Translations under genes and position numbers: made by a program | NCBI GenBank assembly: GCA_030141605.1 | Contig: JAQGDQ010000929.1 | Location: 15,679-79,678, forward strand | Reading direction: 5' to 3' | DNA from: Tubiluchus corallicola | Taxonomy: Eukaryota > Animalia > Priapulida | DNA length: 64,000 bases | Part shown: positions 51,346-63,666 of the stretch, piece after piece | Position numbering within the stretch: the stretch's first letter is position 1 | Layout: the number at the start of each line of letters is the position of its first letter | Notes under the pieces: generated by a model | The model's database searches: none | What the model saw: only the letters and a program-made list of their open reading frames with translations | Told to the model about the DNA's origin: nothing

Positions 51346-52482
51346 GTAATTTGCTGAATCAGTCAATCGGTCGCATCTTGTCAAAGTACTTTTCCCTGAC
51401 TCCCTCGGGATAGACAGCGCGTGGGGGGGGGGGGTGTTGTGGAGGTTCAGTGGTGGTTTAGTGCTTCAATCTTGATCCTCGTTGCAATAATCAGCAAGCA
51501 ATCACCTTGTACTAACAATTGTAAGATAGAAGGATCTATGTATACCATATACATCTTTATAGTATGTGCGCTTGCATAGCAAAATCATCCATAAGTCGGC
51601 AATTAAGTTTTTCTAGTTGTTCGCACATCCTGGAACTCCATTTCATTGTGGATCATTTTGATACCAAGTTCATCACTCTTTGTTATTTCTAAGCTGAGAT
51701 AATCCACATTGAAGTTAAGGTACATGCTCTGCGTTGAAAACGTAATCTTGAGAAAATTGTTGTTAAAGTCAGCCATTGCTCTTTGTCACGTCTCTACAAA
51801 ACACTTGGCAGCCATGCAAACTTAGGTTGCTATGGACTTTGCAAGCACACATTGAAGTTATGTTTAAATCCAGTAGATGGCTCTTCCTGACGATGATCCG
51901 GGTTTGGTAACAGAAAAAAACTTGAAACAAAATGACAGCTTCCGCGAGCTACAATCGGAATATGAAAATAGGAGTTTTTTACAATTGCAGTACTAGTTTC
52001 TATACAGAAAAGTTATAAAATTAATTTTTTAGTATTTTCTAAACACATTTTTGTCTAATATATTCAGCGTTGATTTTTATAAAATATGAAAAATTGACAT
52101 TTGACCAAATTTTTGAGTCATACTACTTTGAAGCATCATAACATAATTTCAACTATGTCGACTTACGGACGGTTTTGGTATTCAAGCACACACGTATGAT
52201 CATTCTAGATTCCTTTCTGAATTCCATGTCTTGAAGCTCACAATTTCTTTATCTTATTTTTTATTAGTTCTTAATTATGATCATTAGTCATATTATTACA
52301 TTCTCTTTTTAAAACATTAAAAATCCTGCACAAGTATTTCTTTATATACAGTCTAAACTTTCATCCTTGAACTAGTATGCATAACATTTACCTTCATTGA
52401 ATTGCTGGCTTTCTTGCTTCAAGGAAAAAACTTACCTGGGCAGTTGGCTTTTAGAATCACTGAGTAAGCATGTGACTTAAAC

Positions 52483-52588
52483 TGAGAGAGCAACGTATAG
52501 TGTTGTTAATGATTTGTATAAATAAAGCTCACCTGTATTCTACCTGTATTCTAGCATCTTAGCAATTACTTTCAGAACTTCTTCATAA

Positions 52589-52686
<98 letters not shown>

Positions 52687-52793
52687 CAATGTATAGTGTT
52701 GTTAATGATTTGTATAAATAAAGCTCACCTGTCTTCTACTTGAATTCTACCTGTATTCTAGTGTCTTAGCAATTACCTCCAGAACTTCTTCAT
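52483..52793. repeat. (GA)n microsatellite between two copies of an ~100-bp segment
   Basis: GAGCAA(C/T)GTATAGTGTTGTTAATGATTTG...CAGAACTTCTTCATA occurs twice. Confidence 0.9.
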
Positions 52794-53142
52794 ATGGTGC
52801 CGAAATTCTTTATTTTATACAAGTTTATAGAACCAAGGAAACAGGCCGTAGTACACTCACTTATTCTTATAACTTCCGTGTCGTTTAGTTTCTTGAACTT
52901 TTTTTACTTAGACAAGACTTAACTTAAACAAGGTGCATCTTCTTAGACATAGGCATACAGGCCAATTTTTCCAGGGGGGCTGAGCCACTTTTGCCCGATA
53001 AATACTCGGAAAAAGTGCAGCCAAGTACGAGTCGGGAATTGCCTCATCCCACCTCATGATCAAAAAATGCCCGGATTTCAAGCACTTCATTTGGCGGCGT
53101 AGAGAAATTTCGAGATTGTATTATCTTGTGTCGTTATATTAT

Positions 53143-53400
53143 TACCGTGTTCCTCGCTAACTTCGCGGTTCGTTTATCGCGGACTCGCTATTTCGTGGGT
53201 TTTAACAAATGTTAATAAAATAAATAAAAATCGCGGCATTTTCGCTGTTTCACGTGTTTTTGCGGTATTCCGTATAAAGTATTTTTGCACACGCGTAGTA
53301 CGTATTGTACAGTAATTTATAGATTTGATCAATTCTGCATAAAAAATCAGGAAATGTATGAAAGTATATTAAAAATATTAATTCTAACATCAAAAAAATA
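53143..53400 (+). mobile_element. Tc1/mariner (Tigger-like) MITE left-end fragment
   Basis: TACCGTGTTCCTCGCTAACTTCGCGG; a similar end TACAGTGTTCCCTCGCTACTT lies on the minus strand at 51021-51001. Confidence 0.5.
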
Positions 53401-53896
53401 TTCTTCTTCTTCTTCCCAGCTTTTCCCTATTTGGGGTCTCCGTTGTGAATGAGTCTTCTCCACGCATTCCTGTTGTTGACCATCTCTTCATTTATGTCTT
53501 CCCTTCCCACATGATCTTCACCGACTCTTCTTTTCAGGTGTCCATACCATCGCAATCTTGCGAGGCTTCTACTACTTTTACTCTTCCTCTGATATTATTA
53601 TTTCTAATTTTATCTCTTCTTGTTATTCCCACCATTCATCTCAACATCCTCATCTCCACCACACCCATTTTCTTCTCTTCGGTCTTCATTAGAGAAGCTG
53701 CTTCCAGCCCATAGATTAGAGCGGGTCTGACCACTTCTTTGTGGACTTTCCTTTTAAGTCTCACCGACTCATTCATAGAAGGTTTTGGCGCAGTTTTTAC
53801 AGGCGGATGCCCATCCTGACCCTAACCCTCCATATTTATCCGGGCTTGGGACCGGCACTGAGTTGGGCTGGCTTGCCACCCCAGTGGCTAGGTTAT
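53401..53896 (-). mobile_element. Non-autonomous bipartite RTE-derived retroposon, copy 2
   Basis: Reverse complement of 48064-48507 with the same internal junctions, slightly more complete; (TTC)n on the plus strand. Confidence 0.88.
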
Positions 53897-54135
53897 TATA
53901 CTAAAAACAAAAAATGTTATACGATTTGGTCACTTAGCATTATGCTTACCCGTTTGAAAATGCTGCTTAAGTAAAGTTCTGGAAAAGAAAATTCCTTGTG
54001 AGCAAAACGTTGCTGGTTCACTTCCTCACCGTGCGCCAAAAAAACGTCACTGGCTCACGAAAAACTTATTATTGACAAGATTTGGTAATTCGTACTTTCG
54101 CTGGATTAATCTTGAAGTTTGCTCTAGATAGAAAT

Positions 54136-54190
54136 GACAAAGATGACGATGATGACAACAGTGACGATGATGATGATGGTGATGGTGGCG

Positions 54191-54221
<31 letters not shown>

Positions 54222-54290
54222 CGACGACGATGGTGATGATTATGATGATGGTAGTGATGATGATGACGATGACGACGATGATGATGACGA
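54136..54290. repeat. Imperfect (GAT/GAC)n microsatellite
   Basis: Read directly. Confidence 0.9.
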
Positions 54291-54909
54291 ACATATGACA
54301 ATGCAACAAAACATTAGGTCAGTGATACAAAATTTCAAGATGATTTGTTTAGTTTTAATGTAAAATTTTTATATCCATGTCCTTTAAAAGTGCCTGGTTC
54401 TGGTTTCGCTGGAGCTTTTGAGATCATTCTTCCTGTCACTCCTAATCCTGCCTTCCATTCATCATGCTCTGATTATGATGCATCACTTTGGCAGCAGGTG
54501 TTGACTGCAAACACAAAGCCATGCCTCAGCTGCCCGTTGCCACGGCGACCGATAACGTGCGATTGCAAAACACACCTGTGGTCTGTCACCGTGCTGGTGT
54601 ATGACGTTGGTTGATCATTATTTTAAACTGAACAATCGGTGTGTTGTAAAGTGAACGTCGCTGTGTGTTGAATTAATTATGCTGTTAATTAATTAATTCG
54701 TGTCGTAATTAGCTGTTTAATGAACTGTAATGAACATTTTGTGTGAAAGGTAGGAAAATTCACTCAGCTTTTCATTTATATATTTCTAAATAAGGAGAAT
54801 TTATTCGGGCCTTTGTGAAATAATGTTACTACTTCAGTTAAGGGTGGTTCACACTTTTTACTTGTGATTGCCATGATTAGATGTTATGTTTAGGTTTTTT
54901 AGATTTTAA

Positions 54910-55449
54910 TATTTTATTTCAAAGTTTACAAAGTTCATATACACATCACAAATTAATACAAATAATACAATAAATCATGACACACAACAATAACACAAAT
55001 AACAATTGAAGATATAACAAACTACGCCAATGACGTCTAATTACAGAAGTAAAGTTTACATTTCTGTTTAAAATGTTCTTGCATATAAAATTTTCACTCT
55101 TATTCAGCCTGACGTGTAAACTGTATGCACATTTTCTGTGAATCACATCAAAATAAATAATATTAAGTCTAGTAGAAATATATCTAGAGCTCGTATCATA
55201 TGAAAAGTTAAACAGCTTCCGTGTTGATACATTATATGCAACCTTGAGTTTGCTAAGATTGTAAGAATAAAAATGTCTCCAAGTGGACATACAATAAAAA
55301 GTAGTGCAGTAAGCATTAAACAATTGTCTCTTCACGTTAACTGAACAGTGAGTAAATTTCATGAGTAATTTATTTGCTCTACCATAGTAATTGAACATTG
55401 TCGTAATATATCTAAATCATCTCTATTGTCATCTGATAAAATATGACCC

Positions 55450-55451
<2 letters not shown>
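54910..55451 (-). mobile_element. 3' fragment of a non-LTR retrotransposon (RTEX/Proto2-like, clade uncertain)
   Basis: GHILSDDNRDDLDILRQC / YGRANKLLMKFTHCSVNVKRQLFNAYC...LKVAYN; frameshifted; truncated at a (TA)n run. Confidence 0.72.
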
Positions 55452-55489
<38 letters not shown>

Positions 55490-56429
55490 GTATGTATATA
55501 TATTCATGTTTAGAACAGTGTTGTCAAATTTCTAATGTAGTGATTATTTAACTTTGTCTTACAGCGTGTGCCAACTGCTGATAGATTATCAATTCTTTTT
55601 TTTGATGTAACCATATTCTTATTATTGTCAAAGAAACAAAAAATGATATCTTTGGCCACAGTGACCACTGATAAAGAGACCTCAGAAAGAAGAAATGATA
55701 TACAGGTGGAGTAACTATTGCAGACGAGGTACATAGACATAGAAAAATATACAATGAAATACATACATTAGTACTATCCTACATACAAATAAGCAAAGGC
55801 ATAAAATGTACCACACTAATAAGCGAATCGACGAGTATTTTTTTATACATATGTTTGAACAATATCAAACATAACTATATTTTGGCTATTGTTTAGAAGG
55901 GTACTACCGTTTATGAGTATACTAATTAGTGATTCAGTATCCAAAAGAACAATGTCAAATGGAATAATAATATTTAAGTACAAGATGGATAACTTAACTT
56001 ATGTATGAGTTGCTCTCTACTTACAGCATATATAGAGCAAAATATATACATGTATTATCAATTCCTGGTACTGGATGTCCCAAAAATAGGTGTATGTTTT
56101 ATAAACCCAACTTTGACTATAAATAAGATTATCAGTGAAAAAAAGACTGTGTTCATTTAAAAATAATTCCCAAAATTAGCATACCTTTATTGCACAGGTA
56201 CATCATACCTATAGATTGCAAGTATCAATAGATTACAGGTATGTCAGACTTATAGATTACAGGTACGTCATACCTGTGACTCTGTCTTCGTTACCTGTGT
56301 GTTTCACTCACAGATGAAAAATAGAATCTAGAATACAACCTCATAGTAACAGTTAAATAATTTAATTTTCATTTGTTTGCCGTAATTTTAATTGCCTCTA
56401 CATTTCCCTATTGATAAGGTGAGTAAAGT

Positions 56430-57232
56430 TATGTAAGGTAGGCAATGTAAAGCAAGGTAAAGAAAATGTAAGGTTATCTAGGCAATGTAAAGTAAGGTAA
56501 AGAAAAGGTAAGGTTAGTTAGGCAATGTAAAGTAAGGTAAAGAAAATGTAAGGTTAGCTAGGCAATGTAAAGCAAGGTAAAGAAAATGTAAGGTTATCTA
56601 GGCAATGTAAAGTAAGGTAAAGAAAATGTAAGGTTATCTAGGCAATGTAAAGTAAGGTAAAGAAAATGTAAGGTTATCTAGGCAATGTAAAGTATGGTAA
56701 AGAAAATGTAAGGTTAGCTAGGCAATGTAAAGTAAGGTTAAGAAAATGTAAGGTTAGCTAGGCAATGTAAAATATGGCAAAGAAAATGTAAAGTTAGCTA
56801 GGCAATATAAGGTAAGGTAAAGAAAAGGTAATGTTAGTTAGGCAATGTAAAGAAAAGGTAATGTTAGCTAGGCAATATAAGGTAAGGTAAAGAAAAGGTA
56901 AGGTTAGTTAGGCAATGTAACGTAAGGTAAAGAAAATGTAAGGTTAGCTAGGCAATGTAAAGTAAGGTAAAGAAAATGTAAGGTTAGCTAGGCAATGTAA
57001 AGTAAGGTAAAGAAAATGTAAGGTTAGCTAGGCAATGTAAAGTAAGGTAAAGAAAAGGTAATATTAGCTACGCAATGTAAAGTAAGGTAACAAAAATGTA
57101 AGGTTAGTAAGGCAATGTAAAGTAAGATACAGAAAAGGTAATGTTAGCTAGGCAATGTAAAGTAAGGTAAAGAAAATGTAATGTTAGCTAGGCAATGTAA
57201 AGTAAAGTAAAGAAAAGGTAAGGTTAGGTAAC
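56430..57232. repeat. 40-bp minisatellite, ~20 copies
   Basis: GGCAATGTAAAGTAAGGTAAAGAAAATGTAAGGTTAGCTA. Confidence 0.95.
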
Positions 57233-57439
57233 ATGGGTGTGGTAATGCACAGTATAAGGTGAGACTAGCTTTGCCAAACAAACTAATACATGTGCTACAC
57301 ACAAGCATATGACGACGTGCACTAGTCACATTGTTAAGCTAATTTGCGTATCTATCCCGGCTGTAGGTAGATACTCTTGGTGTTATCATATGTCTGTACA
57401 ACTAGGGCTGCTATAATTAATAATAAAAAAATTAACCCA

Positions 57440-57860
57440 CAATGAGACGACACTCTGTGAAGATCAAGATCTTTCGTTTGATATATAGACCACCGAAAAT
57501 GAAGCTGTCGTCAAAGGTGTAGCCTCGAATCTTAAACATATATAGATATTTATTTATTTATATTCATATATGTATGAAGCACATATCACCAAAATTAATA
57601 TACAATGGCCCGTTCCCGTTCTTCAGATCTCAGGCGTATAACTTTTGCAAAAAAACGGCCGAAAAATGGCCATTTTTGGAGGTTTTTTACCTCCCGTTCC
57701 TCCCGGTGGGCCAGATTCGAGAAATAAACCCCCAATGGCACGACACTAGATCGAGACCTTTCGTTTGATGTATAGATCGCCGCAAATGGTGCCGTTGTCG
57801 AAGCTGTATCCTCGAATCTTATATATATATATATATATACCAAGAATATTGATATATAGA
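57440..57860 (+). mobile_element. Dispersed non-autonomous repeat, copy 2, preceded by an older partial copy
   Basis: 57600-57860 matches 16150-16390; 57440-57546 is a diverged 3' end of the same family. Confidence 0.7.
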
Positions 57861-58083
57861 TACTAATAATAAGAAGTAAGTGTGGTGTAATAAGTGTAGT
57901 GATGTTTGAGTTTGTGTATGTGTGTGTTGGGCTGGAGGTAGTAGAAAGTGCTTGCTCTCGAGGGGGCGGGTTGCACGGTTACTGTGTGGCTTTTTGTAGC
58001 TCTTAGGCCCCGAGCAATGTACCGACTGAACCCCACTCTCATACGCTCCGAGTTAGAGTTATAAATTTTATTTGTTTATTACA

Positions 58084-58285
58084 ATGCAGATGATTGGTGA
58101 CAAAGCAATGTTTGCCGCTGGTAGCCATGGCAACAAGGTGGCTACAGCCAATCAGAGCCTGACGTCGCAAATTAGTGTGTCGCTGTCCGAAGTTCTGGAA
58201 GTGGAGGACGAAGCTTTGTCGGAACCGTATCTGTGGGCACTTCTGTGTCAAGCGGCACAGTCAGTTCAAAGCCTTTTCTTAAATG
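58084..58285 (+). CDS. KIND-domain protein (PTPN13/FRMPD2-like), first visible coding exon
   Basis: VSLSEVLEVEDEALSEPYLWALLCQAAQSVQSLF resembles the PTPN13 N-terminus (VSLAEALEV...LxEEEIWAVLNQSAESLQELF); in-frame ATGs at 58084, 58090, 58108; phase-1 donor at 58285. Confidence 0.82.
58121..58134. promoter_or_regulatory. RFX X-box motif
   Basis: GTAGCCATGGCAAC fits GTNRCC-N(0-3)-RGYAAC; CCAAT boxes and a CRE-like TGACGTC lie nearby. Confidence 0.45.
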
Positions 58286-59779
58286 GTTTGTTTCTTTGTA
58301 TTTTGCGTATTGTTCTCAATAATGCGCAAACAATAACTTAGTGTCTCTGAAGAAAGACAGGAGGATTTTTCATATATACACCATTTTCAAGTCTGATAAA
58401 AAGTATGCATTTTAACACATTAATAATGAAAAAGCATTTCTGATAATTAAATAATAGATTAAAAACTTAATTAATGGTGGGGGAGCCCAACTACTGATGA
58501 CGTCACAAACTAACATAATTTTCAACATCAAAAACATTCCACGAGTGTGTTAGACGTGTTTGTGAAAGCAAAAATTGAAGTACAGTGCTAATGTAAGATT
58601 TTCAGTGTGTTGTACTAAAACTAGGCGAATTTTAGAATAAAAATTCAAATTTCAAATTACCGCTGTGCTCACGCATGAACTGTCAAACGTGTGTGCAACC
58701 AACACGTTTGAACTGAGAAGTACATCACCTGTTTTTTGTGCAATGTATTTCCGAAATGCAGGCGCTAGTGCCTGTCTAACTAGCGAATGGCGAAATGCAT
58801 GTAACAGCAAATGAACTAGTGGTGCGAATGTGAAATTGTGTTTGCATGGTAACAATTTTTTCACGTAAGTCATTTTTGAAAAAATAGGTTGTTCCTTTCA
58901 ATATTTTAAAGAGGCGACTGCTTTAACTACTGTTTAAGATTGGTGGTTTTGCTTTAAAGCAAGACCCATCAGAACGTCTGTGATATCCGTTTTTCAGTTC
59001 CGTGGGTGGGTGGCTGACGTTGGAGGGTTTCGGAAGCTGATTAGAATAGCAGTAGATTGTTTTGACCGACGGTTTAAGATGAGTCCAGTTTTGCTTTAAT
59101 TATTTACAAACTGTGCCCTCTATCCTGTTTAGAAATGCTAATAAATTAATAGTACAACATAATGGGCTTCAGAAAATGTCGAGGAAATAATAACAGTGGT
59201 TTGCAAGCCTAGCATTTTCCTAGCGTGGCTTTACCAGAGTGAAACTTAAAATGCATTTTGCCCATTTGGGCTTTGTGAATGTGTTCCTAAAAGCGTTTTA
59301 TCATACACTGGGAACTTATTCGGGAAACCCACAGGATCTGTCTCAATCTTCTATATACTCTTCCTACGGTGAAGGGATTATGCGCCTGTTACTAATTCAG
59401 TTTCAGGAAAGTTCCCATTAGTGCTGGGGTCTAGAGGTTGCTTGGATGTCTCTTTTACTGTTAGTTTACTGTGCCAAATTTAAAGCTCTTTGTAGTTTTC
59501 GAATCCTGGTGTTTAGCATCGGAACTAATTCTGTAGGGATCGGACTGAATGCAAATGGTCACATGGTCAAATAGACGCACTTACAAAAAGCAAAAGTTAT
59601 TTATTCAAGGTAGTAATTCTTGCAGGTTGAGGCTAAGTATGATAGTGACGGACCTTGTTATATGATAACGCTTCTAAAACACCTGTAGTCAAGATTGTAA
59701 TTCTTGCAGGTTGTACATACTATGCTTGGTAACATAATAACCCCATTAAAAACTGTAGTGAATATTGTAATTCTTGCAG

Positions 59780-59958
59780 GTGGAGCGTATGATGCTGGTG
59801 GACCTTGCTACATGATAACGCCGGATTCATTGTTGATAAACTCCCTTGGTCGGGTTACCTTTCACGAGGGCAGCACTGTTGATTGTGAGACAGATGGAGA
59901 TTACGTTCCGAATGAGTTGCTTTCTTGCTCGTTGTTGACGGATGCATACGTGGAAAAG
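59780..59958 (+). CDS. KIND-domain protein, next coding exon (gene continues beyond the window)
   Basis: ttgcag|GGAYDAGGPCYMITPDSLLINSLGRVTF...YVPNELL...YVEK|gtatg; resembles the PTPN13 segment IISPWSLLLLPSGSVSF...APE...VEK. Confidence 0.85.
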
Positions 59959-60029
59959 GTATGTTAAAACAAGCGTTGACAGTTTTCAAGCCATGTCTCA
60001 TACATGGCATCGTATCGATACTGAGTCAG

Positions 60030-62090
60030 CGTACCACACTTCCAATAAGGACGGTCATTTTTTGTGTTACACCTCCAAATAAGTAAGGTCGTTGTTTGTG
60101 TCACACTTCCAAATGAGGAGTCTTTGTTTGCGTTACACCTCCAAATAAGTAAGGTCGTTGTTTGTGTCACACTTCCAAATGAGGAGTCTTTGTTTGCGTC
60201 ACACCTCCAAATAAGTAAGGTCGTTGTTTGTGTCACACTTCCAAATGAGGAGTCTTTGTTTGCGTCACACCTTCAAATAAGTAAGGTTGTTGTTTGCGTC
60301 ACACTTCCAAATAAGGAAAGTCTTTGTTTGCGTCACAGTTTCAAATAAGTAAGGTCGTTGTTTGTGTCACACTTTCAAATAAGGAAAGTCTTTGTTTACG
60401 TTACACCTTCTAATAAGTAAGGTCGTTGTTTGTGTCACACTTCCAAATAAGTAAGGTTGTTGTTTGTGTCACACTTTCAAATAAGAAAATTCTTTGTTTA
60501 CGTTACACCTTCTAATAAGTAAGGTTGTTATTTGCATCACACCTTCAAATAAGTAAGGTTGTTGTTTGTGTCACACTTTCAAATAAGAAAATTCTTTGTT
60601 TACGTTACACCTTCTAATAAGTAAGGTTGTTATTTGCATCCCACCTTCAAATAAGTAAGGTTGTTGTTTGTGTCACACTTTCAAATAAGAAAATTCTTTG
60701 TTTACGTTACACCTTCTAATAAGTAAGGTTGTTGTTTGTGTCACACTTACAAAGAAGGAAAGTCTTTGTTTGTATCACAACTTCAAATAAGTAAGGTCGT
60801 TGTTTGTGTCACACTTTCAAATAAGGAAAGTCTTTGTTTACGTTACACCTTCTAATAAGTAAGGTTGTTGTTTGTGTCACACTTCCAAATAAGGAAAGTC
60901 GTTGTTTACGTTACACCTTCTAATAAGTAAGGTTGTTGTTTGAGTCACACTTTCAAATAAGGAAAGTCTTTGTTTGAGTCACACTTTCAAATAAGTAAGG
61001 TTGTTGTTTGTGTCACACTTTCAAATAAGAAAATTCTTTGTTTACGTTACACCTTCTAATAAGTAAGGTTGTTATTTGCATCCCACCTTCAAATAAGTAA
61101 GGTTGTTGTTTGTGTCACACTTTCAAATAAGAAAATTCTTTGTTTACGTTACACCTTCTAATAAGTAAGGTTGTTATTTGCATCCCACCTTCAAATAAGT
61201 AAGGTTGTTGTTTGTGTCACACTTTCAAATAAGGAAAGTCTTTGTTTACGTTACACCTTCTAATAAGTAAGGTCGTTGTTTGTGTCACACTTCCAAATAA
61301 GGAAGGTCTTTGTTTGAGTCACACTTTCAAATAAGAAAATTCTTTGTTTACGTTACACCTTCTAATAAGTAAGGTTGTTATTTGCATCCCACCTTCAAAT
61401 AAGTAAGGTTGTTGTTTGTGTCACACTTCCAAAGAAGGAAAGTCTTTGTTTGTATCACAACTTCAAATAAGTAAGGTTGTTGTTTGTGTCACACTTTCAA
61501 ATAAGGAAAGTCTTTGTTTACATTACACCTTCTAATAAGTAAGGTTGTTGTTTGTGTCACACTTCCAAATAAGGAAAGTCGTTGTTTACGTTACACCTTC
61601 TAATAAGTAAGGTTGTTGTTTGTGTCACACTTCCAAATAAGGAAGGTCTTTGTTTGAGTCACACTTTCAAATAAGTAAGGTTGTTGTTTGTGTCACACTT
61701 TCAAATAAGAAAATTCTTTGTTTACGTTACACCTTCTAATAAGTAAGGTTGTTATTTGCATCCCACCTTCAAATAAGTAAGGTTGTTGTTTGTGTCACAC
61801 TTTCAAATAAGAAAATTCTTTGTTTACGTTACACCTTCTAATAAGTAAGGTTGTTATTTGCATCCCACCTTCAAATAAGTAAGGTTGTTGTTTGTGTCAC
61901 ACTTCCAAAGAAGGAAAGTCTTTGTTTGTATCACACCTTCAAATAAGTAAGGTTGTTGTTTGTGTCACACTTCCAAATAAGGAAAGTCTTTGTTTGTGTC
62001 ACACTTCCAAATAAGGAAGGTCTTTGTTTGAGTCACACTTTCAAATAAGGTGGATCACTGCTTATGTCATGCCTCCGAATAAGTAAGGTC
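60030..62090. repeat. Complex ~32-33-bp minisatellite with higher-order variant patterns
   Basis: Alternating variants of ACAC(T/C)TTC(C/T/A)AATAAGTAAGGTTGTTGTTTGTGTC and ...AATAAGGAAAGTCTTTGTTTACGTT. Confidence 0.95.
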
Positions 62091-62445
62091 TTTGGAAATT
62101 TAATTGGAACTTATCTTAGTATATGAAATTGTAGTGTAATAGCTTATAATAGTAAATTATAGTCTTATATTTTTAATTGTCTATTTATATCCGTCTGTCA
62201 AAATAGGCCATTGTTTATGTCACACAGAATGAGGCTTTTAAGATGTTTGTATAAGTAGCAAAATCTTTCGTTTAGTTTCTTTGCCATTTTCCTCTTGTTG
62301 ACATGTGCTGGTTATAGAATAGTTGTCTGGCTTTTAAATTTGGAACAAACGAGGATGCTTTAGCTTGTGAAAAAGTGATTTGCTACAAACCAATCTTTGA
62401 CTGCAATGTTATTATAACTTAAAAAATAGACGGTTTTCTTAGATT

Positions 62446-63666
62446 TTAATCTGCCTTAGATTGTGTTTAGCCGGTTTTCCATGTTTTCATCTGCCTTAGA
62501 TTGTGTTTAGCTGGTTTTCCATGTTTTCATCTGCCTTAGATTGTGTTTAGCTGGTTTTCCATGTTTTCATCTGCCTTAGATTGTGTTTAGCTGGTTTTCT
62601 ACGTTTTCATCTGCCGTAGATTGTGTTTAGCTGGTTTTCTACGTTTTCATCTGCCGTAGATTGTGTTTAGCTGGCTTTCTACGTTTTCATCTACCTTAGA
62701 TCATGTTTAGCTGGTTTTCTATGTTTTCATCTGCCTTAGATTGTGTTTAGCTGGTTTTCTACATTTTCATCTGCCGTAGATTGTGTTTAGCTGGTTTTCT
62801 ACGTTTTCATCTACCTTAGATCATGTTTAGCTGGTTTTCTATGTTTTCATCTGCCTTAGATTGTGTTTAGCTGGTTTTCTACATTTTCATCTGCCGTAGA
62901 TTGTGTTTAGCTGGTTTTCTACGTTTTCAACTGCCGTAGATTGTGTTTAGCCGGTTTTCTACGTTTTCGTCTGCCGTAGATTGTGTTTAGCTGGTTTTCC
63001 ATGTTTTCATCTGCCGTAGATTGTGTTTAGCTGGCTTTCTACGTTTTCATCTACCTTAGATCATGTTTAGCTGGTTTTCTATGTTTTCATCTGCCTTAGA
63101 TTGTGTTTAGCTGGTTTTCTACATTTTCATCTGCCGTAGATTGTGTTTAGCTGGTTTTCTACATTTTCAACTGCCGTAGATTGTGTTTAGCCGGTTTTCT
63201 ACATTTTCATCTGCCGTAGATTGTGTTTAGTTGGTTTTCTACATTTTCATCTGCCGTAGATTGTGTTTAGTTGGTTTTCTACATTTTCAACTGCCGTAGA
63301 TTGTGTTTAGCTGGTTTTCTACATTTTCATCTGCCGTAGATTGTGTTTAGTTGGTTTTCTACGTTTTCATCTACCTTAGATCATGTTTAGCTGGTTTTCT
63401 ACATTTTCAACTGCCGTAGATTATGTTTAGCTGGTTTTCTACATTTTCATCTGCCGTAGATTGTGTTTAGTTGGTTTTCTACGTTTTCAACTGCCGTAGA
63501 TTATGTTTAGCTGGTTTTCTACGTTTTCAACTGCCGTAGATTGTGTTTAGCTGGTTTTCTACATTTTCATCTGCCGTAGATTGTGTTTAGTTGGTTTTCT
63601 ACATTTTCATCAGCCGTAGATTGTGTTTAGCTGGTTTTCTACATTTTCATCTGCCGTAGATTGTGT
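62446..63666. repeat. 40-bp minisatellite, ~30 copies
   Basis: CTGCCGTAGATTGTGTTTAGCTGGTTTTCTACGTTTTCAT. Confidence 0.96.
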
